The translations under genes and the position numbers were made by a program. Positions 39,984-48,778 of a stretch of 64,000 nt of DNA are shown in pieces. The notes beneath the pieces are model-generated. The model was not told the origin of the DNA. It was given only the letters and a program-made list of their open reading frames with translations, and ran no database searches. This DNA comes from Candidatus Lindowbacteria bacterium RIFCSPLOWO2_12_FULL_62_27. Its GTDB lineage: Bacteria > Lindowbacteria > 2-12-FULL-62-27. Location: positions 1 through 64,000 of the forward strand of contig MFPR01000014.1 of assembly GCA_001784175.1 (NCBI GenBank), in the 5' to 3' direction. How positions within the stretch are numbered: the stretch's first letter is position 1; every line of letters begins with the position of its first letter.

Positions 39984-41783
39984 CTACTCCTGCTGCGCCG
40001 GCTGCTGCTGCATCCGGCCCGTGAGCTGGTCTTCGGGGACATGTTGCGGAGACCAGTCGGTCTTGTGGCCCGGGACGCTGTACTCGTACGGTCCCCGGTG
40101 GACGGTCAGGTCGCCGGCGAAATTGCCGTGGGGCGGCGGGGAAGGACAGGCCGCCATGTCGAGCGTGGTGGCGTTCCATGGATTGTCCGTGGATTTCTCG
40201 CCTTTAAAAAGGCTGATGAAAAAATTGAGGATAAACGGAATCTGTGCGACCGCCAGGAGGATGGCCGACCAGGTCATGACCTTGTTCAGTCCGAGCGAGG
40301 GGAGGTTGTGCACCTGGGCGGTGGGGTCATACTGCCGGCGAAGCACGCCGGCCATTCCCTGGATCAGCATCGGGAAGAAAATGCCGTTCATGGCGATGAC
40401 GGACACCCAGAAATGCACTTTGCCCCAGAACACGTTCATCCGCCGGCCGAACATTTTCGGGAACCAGTAATAGATTCCGGCAAAGAGGGCGATGAGACTG
40501 CCGGTCACAACCACATAGTGGAAGTGCCCGATCACGTACAGGGTATCGTGCAGGTAGATGTCGGTGGGCGTGAATCCGAGCGGAAGGCCGGTGAGGCCGC
40601 CGATGCCGAAGAGGGGCAGAAAGGCGATGGCGAAAAGCATGGGCGTGGTGAAGTGAATGGACCCGCCCCGGAGGCTCAGGAGGAAACACGTCAGAACCAT
40701 CACCGACGGGATCGAGATGAGCATGGTCGTCACGGTGAAAAACTTGGTGACGTCCGTGCGCATGCCGGACAGGAACATGTGATGGGCCCAGACGATGAAG
40801 GACAGGACGCCGATCGAGCAGAGCGAAATGACGAGTTCCTTGAAACCAAAGAGGGGTTTGCGGGTGCCGTTGGCCAGCACTTCAGCCACGATGCCGAATT
40901 CGGGCAGGAGCAGCACATAGACTTCGGGGTGCGCCAAAAACCAGAACAGGTGCTGCCACAGCAGCGGATTTCCGCCGCCCGGCTGTTCGACCGGAACGCC
41001 GCCGAAGATCAGGTTGGCGGGGATGAAGAAGTTGGCCTTGGCGACGCGGTCCATCAGTTGCAGGATCGCGCCCCCCTGGAGAACCGGGAAGGCCAGCACG
41101 AGCAGGATGGCGGTGACGAACTGGCACCAGACAAAAAACGGCAGGCGCATCCACGTCATGCCCTTGGCCCGCATGTTCATCGTGGTCGTGATGAAGTTGA
41201 TGGCGCCAAAGAGCGAGGAAGTGATGATGAAGGTCATCGCGATGAGCCACATGGTCTGGCCGGGCGGCGCGAGATCCGCGAGCGGCGAGTAGGAGGTCCA
41301 GCCGGACTGGGCGGCGCCGCCGGGCATCGCGAAACTCGAAAGCATGAGGATGCCGCCCACGAGAAAGATCCAATAAGAGAGCATGTTGAGGAACGGAAAG
41401 GCCATGTCCTTGGCGCCGATCTGGAGCGGGAGGACGAAGTTGCCGAAGGCCGAAACGCCGAGGGGGACGACGCCGAGGAAGACCATGATGGTGCCGTGCA
41501 TGGCGCCGAGTTGATTGTAAAATTCCGGCAGCATGACGCCGCCGGGCGCCATGGTGTCCGGCAGAAACCGGCCGATGATCGGGAGGACATGGCCGGGATA
41601 CGCGAGCTGCCAGCGCATGAGAAGCATCATGGTAAACCCGGACAAGAGAAACAGGAGGGACGTGATCATGTACTGAATGCCGATGACCTTGTGGTCGGTG
41701 GAGAAGATATATTTCCGGACAAACGACAATTCCGGGTGGGTTTCGTGCGCCCCGGCCTTTGGGTGGACCGCTACTCCTTCCAT
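39984..41783 (-). CDS. ctaD: Cytochrome c oxidase subunit I (A1 type)
   Basis: STDHKVIG, MHGT, HPEVY, VWAHHM, GHFHY. Confidence 0.95.
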   Translation of the reverse strand: MEGVAVHPKAGAHETHPELSFVRKYIFSTDHKVIGIQYMITSLLFLLSGFTMMLLMRWQLAYPGHVLPIIGRFLPDTMAPGGVMLPEFYNQLGAMHGTIMVFLGVVPLGVSAFGNFVLPLQIGAKDMAFPFLNMLSYWIFLVGGILMLSSFAMPGGAAQSGWTSYSPLADLAPPGQTMWLIAMTFIITSSLFGAINFITTTMNMRAKGMTWMRLPFFVWCQFVTAILLVLAFPVLQGGAILQLMDRVAKANFFIPANLIFGGVPVEQPGGGNPLLWQHLFWFLAHPEVYVLLLPEFGIVAEVLANGTRKPLFGFKELVISLCSIGVLSFIVWAHHMFLSGMRTDVTKFFTVTTMLISIPSVMVLTCFLLSLRGGSIHFTTPMLFAIAFLPLFGIGGLTGLPLGFTPTDIYLHDTLYVIGHFHYVVVTGSLIALFAGIYYWFPKMFGRRMNVFWGKVHFWVSVIAMNGIFFPMLIQGMAGVLRRQYDPTAQVHNLPSLGLNKVMTWSAILLAVAQIPFILNFFISLFKGEKSTDNPWNATTLDMAACPSPPPHGNFAGDLTVHRGPYEYSVPGHKTDWSPQHVPEDQLTGRMQQQPAQQE

Positions 41784-41799
41784 ATTATATAGCGCCCTC

Positions 41800-42558
41800 C
41801 TACAACTCGGCCTTTTCGGCCTGCTTTTTGGCCAACCACGCGTCGAATTCCTCCTGCGTGTGAACGATGACGTCGCCGCGCATGCGGTAATGGCCGAGTC
41901 CGCAAAGCTGGGCGCAGGCGATTTCAAAGGTTCCCGTCATGATCGGCTCGAACCAGATGCGGACCCGCATGCCCGGCGTGGCGTCCTGCTTTGTGCGGAA
42001 GGCCGGGACGTTGAAACTGTGGATGACGTCCATGGAAGACAGATAGACGAGCGTGGGTTTTCCAAGCGGCACATGGAACTGGTTGACCGAGACGAGGTCG
42101 TCCTTGGCGGCGGGGTCCGCGTCGTCCAGCCCGATGGGGTTGCCGGAACTGATGAGTTTGATGTCGCGCCGGCCGAACAGTCCATCCGGGCCGGGGTAAT
42201 GGATGTTCCAGGCGAACTGCTGGGCGATCACCGCCGCCACGTTGGCCTTCTTCTCCTCAGGAAACGTCTCCATCACGTGCGCCCAGACCGGAAGGCCGAT
42301 CACGAAAATCATGAACAGCTCAAACGCCAGCACAATGCCGTCCGGAATCATGGACTTGACAATGCCGGTATGACTGTACACCGCCGGCACGCCGGGCCGG
42401 GCACGGTAGCGTATGAGACAATAGATCATGAACGCTCCCCAGCAGACGAAGATCAGGCCCATCGCGACATGAAAAACGTCAAGCTGCCGATCCAAGTCCG
42501 CCGCGTAGGTGGACGCCCGGGCCGGAAGCCACCAACCATACAGTTGATCGGGTGTCAT
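41800..42558 (-). CDS. coxB: Cytochrome c oxidase subunit II (CuA)
   Basis: DVIHSF, CAQLCGLGHYRM. Confidence 0.94.
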   Translation of the reverse strand: MTPDQLYGWWLPARASTYAADLDRQLDVFHVAMGLIFVCWGAFMIYCLIRYRARPGVPAVYSHTGIVKSMIPDGIVLAFELFMIFVIGLPVWAHVMETFPEEKKANVAAVIAQQFAWNIHYPGPDGLFGRRDIKLISSGNPIGLDDADPAAKDDLVSVNQFHVPLGKPTLVYLSSMDVIHSFNVPAFRTKQDATPGMRVRIWFEPIMTGTFEIACAQLCGLGHYRMRGDVIVHTQEEFDAWLAKKQAEKAEL

Positions 42559-42569
42559 AATGGCTCAAG

Positions 42570-42598
42570 ATTATAGACAATGGATGGCATCAAGTCAA
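42570..42598 (-). promoter_or_regulatory. Sigma70 promoter of the cox operon (very short leader)
   Basis: TTGACT-17-TATAAT, 11 nt before the coxB ATG, no Shine-Dalgarno. Confidence 0.7.
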
Positions 42599-42679
42599 AC
42601 ATAATTTGGCAAAAAAACAGGCGAATTCTCGAAGTGTATGAGCAGACTCATCTGTAACAGAACGGAACAAAATTTGTGT

Positions 42680-43363
42680 CTAAGCGGCGATCAGAGCTTT
42701 GACCTTCGGGGCAAACGTCCAGTAGAGCGCGCGGGCGTCGTCCGGCGACAGGACGAGGGTGGCGGCGGGGGAGCGGGGGGCGAGGACGCGTTGAAAGAAG
42801 AAGAGAAGGCGGATGGCGGGCGAGGAAAGGCGCCGAATCCAGTCCACCGACTGTTCGTTCCTCGAGAGGACGAGGATCGAGGCGCCCGTTTCGAAGCGGA
42901 GCGAGTAGACGGACGGCATATCCGCGAGTTCAAGGCTGTCCTCGACCCGCTCGACCATGACTGACTCGGTGTCCTCGATTTCCGCCGCATTGATCGGCAC
43001 GATGACGGTACGTTGCGGCGGCCGGGCCAGGCCTTTTTTCGCGAGCGCGGCGGCGGTGACGGCCGCGTTCCAGGGCCGATGGATTTTGAGGTCGAGGATG
43101 GGCAGTTCGCGCAGGGGTTCGCCGCGAAATTTGACCTGGACGCGACGCCGGCGGAGATCAAAGACGAGATAGGTTTCATTTTTTTTGGCGAGCGGAATTT
43201 CCAGCGCGTGGAGGCGGTTTTCAACGGCGAGCGGGTGCCGGTCCGCCGGCGCCGGCGGGTTGCCGCAGCCGGACAAGAAGAGCGGGAGGGAGACTGAGAA
43301 TGAAACAATGAGACAATGAAACAACGAACAACGAACAACCGGAACGGGATTCACCGGGGGCAA
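42680..43363 (-). CDS. Putative lipoprotein, possibly a degenerate L,D-transpeptidase-like fold
   Basis: Lipobox LSGC; YLVFDLRRRRVQV resembles the LDT first strand; no catalytic H..C seen. Confidence 0.55.
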   Translation of the reverse strand: MPPVNPVPVVRCSLFHCLIVSFSVSLPLFLSGCGNPPAPADRHPLAVENRLHALEIPLAKKNETYLVFDLRRRRVQVKFRGEPLRELPILDLKIHRPWNAAVTAAALAKKGLARPPQRTVIVPINAAEIEDTESVMVERVEDSLELADMPSVYSLRFETGASILVLSRNEQSVDWIRRLSSPAIRLLFFFQRVLAPRSPAATLVLSPDDARALYWTFAPKVKALIAA

Positions 43364-43364
43364 C

Positions 43365-44027
43365 TCAGAAAATATAAACAGGGGTGCCGACGGCGCAGGC
43401 TTTGAAGACTTTTTCGAGGTCCGCGTCGCCGAGGCGGATGCATCCGTGGGTCACCGGGCGGCCGAGGAGCCTGCGGTAGAGCGTGCCGTGGATCATGTAG
43501 CCGTCGCCGATGTGCATCGCGTAATTGCCGAGCATCCCTTCTTCGACCCGCTCGCTCACGGAGGTCGGGATTCGTTCTCCCTCCTCGATGAACGCCCAGT
43601 CGGGTTTGGTCCACACAGGCTCGTGGACTTTTCTCTGGATCTTCCGCTCGCCGCGCGGCGTGTCGAAGGTCCAAGTGCGGTTTTTAAAAGAGTCGTTGAG
43701 GATTTTGCCGTTTCCGGTGGAACAGACCGCCTCGAGGAGGGTTTTGCGCCCGTGTTTGAGGAAGAGCCTGTTGCGGGCCGTGTCGATGACGACGTAGACG
43801 CCCTTGGGCCGGATTGTATCGAGGGATGCGGTCCATTTGTCGTTTTCGGCTTTCAGTTTCCGCAGCGTGGCCGGGTCGACGGCGGCCACGGCCGGATCCG
43901 CGACCGGCGCGTCCCAGCTTTCGGTGGCCGATGAAAGGAGGAGGACGGCGGCCAGAAACGCCGGGATCACCATGATCCAACGGAATCGGCGATTGCCGAA
44001 GATCAGGCAAAGGAAGCTGTCCAGCAT
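43365..44027 (-). CDS. L,D-transpeptidase (YkuD family)
   Basis: CSTG, TPRG, IHGT..THGCIRL, GTPVYI. Confidence 0.9.
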   Translation of the reverse strand: MLDSFLCLIFGNRRFRWIMVIPAFLAAVLLLSSATESWDAPVADPAVAAVDPATLRKLKAENDKWTASLDTIRPKGVYVVIDTARNRLFLKHGRKTLLEAVCSTGNGKILNDSFKNRTWTFDTPRGERKIQRKVHEPVWTKPDWAFIEEGERIPTSVSERVEEGMLGNYAMHIGDGYMIHGTLYRRLLGRPVTHGCIRLGDADLEKVFKACAVGTPVYIF

Positions 44028-44038
44028 CGGGACTTCCT

Positions 44039-45172
44039 TCAGGATTTGTTCGGCCGGCTGAAGAGCCGGTCAAAGTCGGAGAAGTTGCCGACGATGGTGA
44101 CGGGCGTGCCGATGGCGGTGCGCGAGAAAATGTGGTCCATGTCGGCATTCGGGAGCGCCACGCAGCCTTCGGTCCAGTTGCGGTCGCGGCCGCCGTCCCC
44201 GTGGATTTCGATGTGCCCGCCCAGCCGGGACCGGATGGAGACGCGTCCGAGGGTGCGGTCTCTGCGAAACGCGCGGATGTCCTCATCGTTGGGGTAATTG
44301 ATGAGAAGCGCTTTGTGATACTTGGACTGGCCGGCGCCCTTCTTTTTAATGATCCTGTATTTTCCCTCCGGCGTCGCGTAGTCTCCGCGGTAACTTTTGT
44401 CGAAGACGCCGTTCTTTCCGAGGTCCGCGTCATACGCGCGGACCATGTGGCCCGACTCGAGCAGAAGACACAGGTTGCGGGACTTGACGACCACCACGGC
44501 GCGCTCCCCGTTTCGGGAGGACCAATCAAGCGTTTCGTAGACCCAGCGGTCCCACTGCTTGATGAGCCCGGCGTCGTCGTACCGGCCGACCCGATTCTGA
44601 AGTTCGGCGTGCGCGGTACGGGCGAAGGTCAGGGCGGTCCGGACCCGGTCGTTGGATTCATGCCATCGGTCCTCACGGCCGAACATGTCGGCCTCCCGGA
44701 GGAGCACCTCGACGCGCACGAGGCTGGCGCGGCCGGAGTCGCTCAACCCGACCCGGTGGGTCCGCGCGCGAACGGCGCCGAGGAGGGTGCGGGCTTCGCC
44801 CGCAAGCTGAGACGCCTCCTGTTTGACGGCCGACCGATTTTCCCGGGCCGCCTTCTCCGCCCGGCCGGAGGCCTCGACCGCCTCGCGGCTGAGCCGCTCG
44901 AAGGTGAGATACTGGCGGGAGTAGTAAAACTTGGCCTGCTGCGCCGCGAGTTCCTCTTTGACGCGGCTCATGGCGCGGACGTAGTCATCGTACTCGTCCG
45001 GCGCGTAGACCTCCGCCTGGGCCTCTTTGAGGATCCGGTCCTGGGTCATCGCGGAGTGAAAAAGGCCGATCTGCGGCGGGTCCGGGGCCAGACCGAAGAC
45101 GGCGACAACAAAGGCGCCCGCGCCCACCACCGTGCCCCACCAGGTTTTGAGGTGCTGGAGTATGCGTTTCAT
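44039..45172 (-). CDS. L,D-transpeptidase with N-terminal coiled-coil region
   Basis: GDYATPEG, INYPN, IEIHG..TEGCVAL. Confidence 0.88.
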   Translation of the reverse strand: MKRILQHLKTWWGTVVGAGAFVVAVFGLAPDPPQIGLFHSAMTQDRILKEAQAEVYAPDEYDDYVRAMSRVKEELAAQQAKFYYSRQYLTFERLSREAVEASGRAEKAARENRSAVKQEASQLAGEARTLLGAVRARTHRVGLSDSGRASLVRVEVLLREADMFGREDRWHESNDRVRTALTFARTAHAELQNRVGRYDDAGLIKQWDRWVYETLDWSSRNGERAVVVVKSRNLCLLLESGHMVRAYDADLGKNGVFDKSYRGDYATPEGKYRIIKKKGAGQSKYHKALLINYPNDEDIRAFRRDRTLGRVSIRSRLGGHIEIHGDGGRDRNWTEGCVALPNADMDHIFSRTAIGTPVTIVGNFSDFDRLFSRPNKS

Positions 45173-45210
45173 GTGTTAATTATTATATCGGACAGAAGCT
45201 ATTTCAAGCT

Positions 45211-45340
45211 TGAACTATTCGGCCCCCTCTCCCCCGGAGGGGGAGAGGGTTGGGGTGAGGGGGCGGGGGCGGTCATGAAGCGCCACCCTCACCCTAACCC
45301 TCTCCCGCCATGGGCGGGAGAGGGGATACCTGAACAGTTA
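45211..45340. mobile_element. Intergenic copy of the ~130-bp MITE/REP-doublet element
   Basis: Imperfect ends GAACTATTC..GAACAGTT enclosing two inverted CCCTCTCCC..GGGAGAGGG hairpins; homologous to 3781-3918. Confidence 0.75.
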
Positions 45341-45351
45341 AGAAAAGACTC

Positions 45352-45954
45352 CTATTTCCTTCGACCCTTCATCTTGGCCTTGGCCTCGTCTACCTCGGTC
45401 TTGATGGACATGGCTTTTTCCTTCACCGACGTTGCCTTGTTCCTGGCGTCCATGTACTGCTCGGCCGCCATGGCGTTGTCCAGTTCCGGGAGCATGCCCT
45501 GGAGGGAGGCGAGGTCGGCGTTCATCGCGTCGATCTCAGCCTTTGTATCCTTCCCGCGCGGCGCCGACTTGAGAGCCTTGGCGGCGTCGTCGACCGCGGT
45601 TTTGGCTTCCGCGATCAGGGTGGTGGCCTCGTTCTTGACGGCCTCCTTGTTCACGATCGCCGCTTCCTTCGCCTTGTTGGACTGATCGATGGCGGCGGCA
45701 AACAGGGATTTGGCCTCTCCATAATTTCGAAACAGCGCGAATTTGGCTTTCTGCGCTTCAACCTCCGCCTGGGCCTTGGACAGGGCGTCCTGGGCCAGCG
45801 CGTGATCGGTCTGGGCGTAAACTTCCGCCTGGGCGGCCATCGCGGCCTGCATGGCCTCGTCGGCCTGCGCCATGTCCTGCTCGGGGGGTTTTGCGCATCC
45901 CGCAAAAAGCAGTGACGGGATAAGCACGAGAATCCACAGATGCTTCTTCATCAT
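45352..45954 (-). CDS. Ala/Lys-rich coiled-coil lipoprotein
   Basis: MMKKHLWILVLIPSLLFAG-C lipobox; helical body; ends in GRRK. Confidence 0.85.
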   Translation of the reverse strand: MMKKHLWILVLIPSLLFAGCAKPPEQDMAQADEAMQAAMAAQAEVYAQTDHALAQDALSKAQAEVEAQKAKFALFRNYGEAKSLFAAAIDQSNKAKEAAIVNKEAVKNEATTLIAEAKTAVDDAAKALKSAPRGKDTKAEIDAMNADLASLQGMLPELDNAMAAEQYMDARNKATSVKEKAMSIKTEVDEAKAKMKGRRK

Positions 45955-46160
45955 CCCACATTCTCCTGTCAACCTGATGGTGCTGACGCGGCCTGGTTCG
46001 CTCACATGCAAACGGGGCCGTGTTTCATATCCAACCCTCTATTCGCGCAGGTGCCTCACGAGCCGTTTTCAGGCGATGTATCCCCGCGAATCTACTCAAC
46101 GGCGTGGCGTTCTATATTATGGAAAAGGGCTTGTCAATAGGCAGGGGTCGCAGTCAGCGG

Positions 46161-46598
46161 CTATTGATCTCCATTTGCCTGATTCCAAGGATTGACCGTC
46201 TTCGCGCCGCACCGGTGGAGGTGGGCGGTGTTGCGAGTTACAATAACCAGGTTGTGCGCGCATGCGGTTGCGGCGATCAGGGCGTCCACCGCCGGCGCCG
46301 GCTCCCCGGCGCGCTCCGCCTCCCCGAGAATCCTTCCCCACGTTATCGCGATGTCCTCGGTGATCTCCAGGATCCGGCCTTCAAAGCGTCCGCGAAGATC
46401 CTGACGCAGCCAGGCGGTCAGTTTCGTTTTTCGAGCCGATTCGTCCAGCCGGCTGATCCCTTTTTGGATTTCCCCGATCGTCACAACGCTTAGAAAGCAC
46501 GACATCTCGTCAACGTCGTTCATCCATTTCGTGATGCGGGGTTCCGGTCTTTTGCGGACCAACTCGGAAATCAGAGGCGTGTCCAACAGATAATTCAC
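46161..46598 (-). CDS. vapC: VapC PIN-domain toxin
   Basis: YLLDT..ISE, SVVTIGEI, DALIAATA, VTRN. Confidence 0.92.
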   Translation of the reverse strand: MNYLLDTPLISELVRKRPEPRITKWMNDVDEMSCFLSVVTIGEIQKGISRLDESARKTKLTAWLRQDLRGRFEGRILEITEDIAITWGRILGEAERAGEPAPAVDALIAATACAHNLVIVTRNTAHLHRCGAKTVNPWNQANGDQ

Positions 46599-46843
46599 AA
46601 TTTTACGGCCCTCCCGGCGTCCCGCGAACGCCCGAAATCCAAATCCTCGCCCACCAGAGGCGATCTCCGAAAAAACTCCGCAAGACCGGTCCGGCCGGTC
46701 TTTAGTTTCTTGAAGTCCGATGCCGACAGGACCACCGCCGCGTTCCTGCCGCGCCGGGTGATCGTCTGCGGCCCCTCGGCCATCGCCCGGTCAACCACCT
46801 CGCTCAATTTGTTCTTCGCCTCCTGAATCTGCCACGCGCGCAT
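46595..46843 (-). CDS. Phd/YefM family antitoxin
   Basis: WQIQEAKNKLSEVVDRA..GPQTITRRG; AGGAGG RBS. Confidence 0.92.
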   Translation of the reverse strand: MRAWQIQEAKNKLSEVVDRAMAEGPQTITRRGRNAAVVLSASDFKKLKTGRTGLAEFFRRSPLVGEDLDFGRSRDAGRAVKL

Positions 46844-46875
46844 CGACGCCACCTCCTCCTCGGTCATTTCTCCAT

Positions 46876-46921
46876 CTAGACTGTCTAGCCATATTATACG
46901 CCGCCCGGGCGACACATGCAA
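46876..46921 (-). promoter_or_regulatory. TA operon promoter and palindromic operator
   Basis: TTGCAT-17-TATAAT (46893-46921); CTAGAC-T-GTCTAG palindrome (46876-46888) just downstream. Confidence 0.7.
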
Positions 46922-46941
46922 GAACGAGCCAGGGACCGCAG

Positions 46942-47589
46942 TCAGCGGCTCAGGACATGCTCCTTTTTTTCCAGCACGCGCCCCTCGGCGTCGAGCCGGT
47001 AGAGGATGGGGGCGCCCGTGGCGATGTTGAGGTCGAGGACCTGTTGTTCGGTGAGGCGGTCGAGGTGCATGACGATGGATCGGAGGCTGTTGCCGTGCGC
47101 GGCGACGAGGATGTTTTCGCCGGCGCGGAGGCGGGGCACGATCTGACTTTTAAAATATGGGAGGGTCCTTGCGGCCGTGTCTTTCAGACTTTCGCTGATG
47201 CCGTCCGGGTTGAGGGGCGTGCGGTCCCTGGGCGGCGCGACGTCGTAACTGCGGCGCCAGATGTGGACCTGCTGGTCGCCGTACTGTTTGGCGACCTCGG
47301 CCTTGTTCAAGCCCTGGAGCGCCCCGTAATGGCGCTCGTTGAGCGCGGCGTCCTTCACGACGGGGACGCCCGTCTGTCCGATCGTTTCCAGCACAATGCG
47401 CAGCGTATCCTGCGCGCGGACGAGCGCCGAGGTGAAGGCACGGTCGAATCGCAAGTCGCGGATGAGTTCAGCGCCCATCCGGGCCTCCTCACGGCCCTGC
47501 TCGGACAGGGGCACGTCGACCCATCCGGTGAAGCGATTCTCGAGATTCCACTGGGACTGGCCGTGGCGGATCAATACCAAGAGAGACAT
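46942..47589 (-). CDS. gpmA: 2,3-bisphosphoglycerate-dependent phosphoglycerate mutase
   Basis: RHGQSQWN..FTGW, LNERHYGALQG, AHGNSLR. Confidence 0.95.
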   Translation of the reverse strand: MSLLVLIRHGQSQWNLENRFTGWVDVPLSEQGREEARMGAELIRDLRFDRAFTSALVRAQDTLRIVLETIGQTGVPVVKDAALNERHYGALQGLNKAEVAKQYGDQQVHIWRRSYDVAPPRDRTPLNPDGISESLKDTAARTLPYFKSQIVPRLRAGENILVAAHGNSLRSIVMHLDRLTEQQVLDLNIATGAPILYRLDAEGRVLEKKEHVLSR

Positions 47590-47624
47590 GCGATCTATTT
47601 AGGATCAAGTTTGGAGAAATTCAA

Positions 47625-47680
47625 GGGCGGCCCCCCTCCCCCCGACCCTCTCCCGCCAATGGCGGGAGAGGGGGGTACCG
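47625..47680. repeat. Half copy of the REP-doublet element
   Basis: CCCTCTCCCGCCAATGGCGGGAGAGGGGGGTACC. Confidence 0.7.
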
Positions 47681-47689
47681 AGTATCCGC

Positions 47690-48778
47690 CTATTTTGTCT
47701 TGTCCGCGAGAGGTCCGAGCGGAAACGAGAGACGATACCGGTTGCGGGACCACTCGCGGTCCGATTCCGAGGCGAGCCAGTCCGGGTGGGTCAGCGCGAG
47801 GGCGAGGCCGCGTTCGAGGATGGCGTCGGGCAGGCCCGGCGTTTCGCGGAGGGCCCGGAGGGCGGCCCGGACCGGATCGCGGGCGGGCCAGGACCAGGCG
47901 ATGTCGACCCGCGCGGCGGCGCCGTACAAGGTGGCCGGATGATATTCGGCGGCGAGCATGTACGGCACGGTGGCGTCCGACGCGCCGCTGGCGCGCCTCC
48001 AACGGCCCACGCGATAGAGCGCGTCGGCCGCGCGGGGGTCCTCGGCGAACAGGACCGCGAAGAGTTTCAAGTACCGTTCGGCCTCCGCGGATTCGCCGTC
48101 CGCGTCGAGCGCCTGGCCCATCCGCAGGAGGGACTGCCGGCCGATCTCGTCCGGCGGTCCGGCCACGAGGAGGCGCCAGATCCGGGAGGCGGACCGGTGC
48201 ATTTCGAGCGACATGAGGGATTCCGCGAGGAGAAAATGTTCATGCCGAGCCGTGCGAGTCAGCGTGTCGGTCCAGGCGGGCGGAAGTGCATTCAAGAGCC
48301 CGAGTTTTTTAAGTTCGGCGAGGTGCGAGGCGATTTCGGCCATCGAGAAACTGGGCTGCGCGCGATGAATCGCCTGAACATGCGCCGTCGCCGGCTCGAT
48401 CCATCCAAGCGTCCGGGCGGCGCGGTATCCCATGACGTGCATCCATGCGCCGTTTTTATTTTCAGGAACGCGCCCGGAGAGCTGACGCAGCGTCCGAAGA
48501 ACGCCCTGGAAATCCTTTTCGAGGAAGTACGTTCTCACGATCCCGAGATTGGCAAGTTCCCGCTCGCGCAGACCGCCGTTGCGGATCACCGCCGCGTACT
48601 GGGCTCGCGCCTTGGCCCACTCCGCGCGCTCGACGCAGCGGTCCGCCTTTTCGAGCGAAGCGGCGGCGGCGGGAAGGGGGCAGAGCAAGAACAAAATAGA
48701 TACATAGAGAGCGACAAAACAATGACCCCCCACCCAGCCTCCCCCACAAGGGGGGAGGTGAAAGACACTTCTGCTCAT
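47690..48778 (-). CDS. Secreted TPR-repeat protein
   Basis: Signal-like hydrophobic stretch ending AAAA; TPR-like helices (ADALYRVG); ATG overlaps upstream stop. Confidence 0.65.
   Translation of the reverse strand: MSRSVFHLPPCGGGWVGGHCFVALYVSILFLLCPLPAAAASLEKADRCVERAEWAKARAQYAAVIRNGGLRERELANLGIVRTYFLEKDFQGVLRTLRQLSGRVPENKNGAWMHVMGYRAARTLGWIEPATAHVQAIHRAQPSFSMAEIASHLAELKKLGLLNALPPAWTDTLTRTARHEHFLLAESLMSLEMHRSASRIWRLLVAGPPDEIGRQSLLRMGQALDADGESAEAERYLKLFAVLFAEDPRAADALYRVGRWRRASGASDATVPYMLAAEYHPATLYGAAARVDIAWSWPARDPVRAALRALRETPGLPDAILERGLALALTHPDWLASESDREWSRNRYRLSFPLGPLADKTK

Noticed and set aside
45960-46140. c-di-AMP (ydaO) or c-di-GMP riboswitch in the long leader of the lipoprotein gene
   Set aside because: A TTGACA promoter element and a long leader are present, but I could not find the conserved riboswitch motifs.
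46161-46921. TA pair as part of a prophage or larger mobile element
   Set aside because: No integrase, transposase or phage genes nearby; flanked by housekeeping genes.
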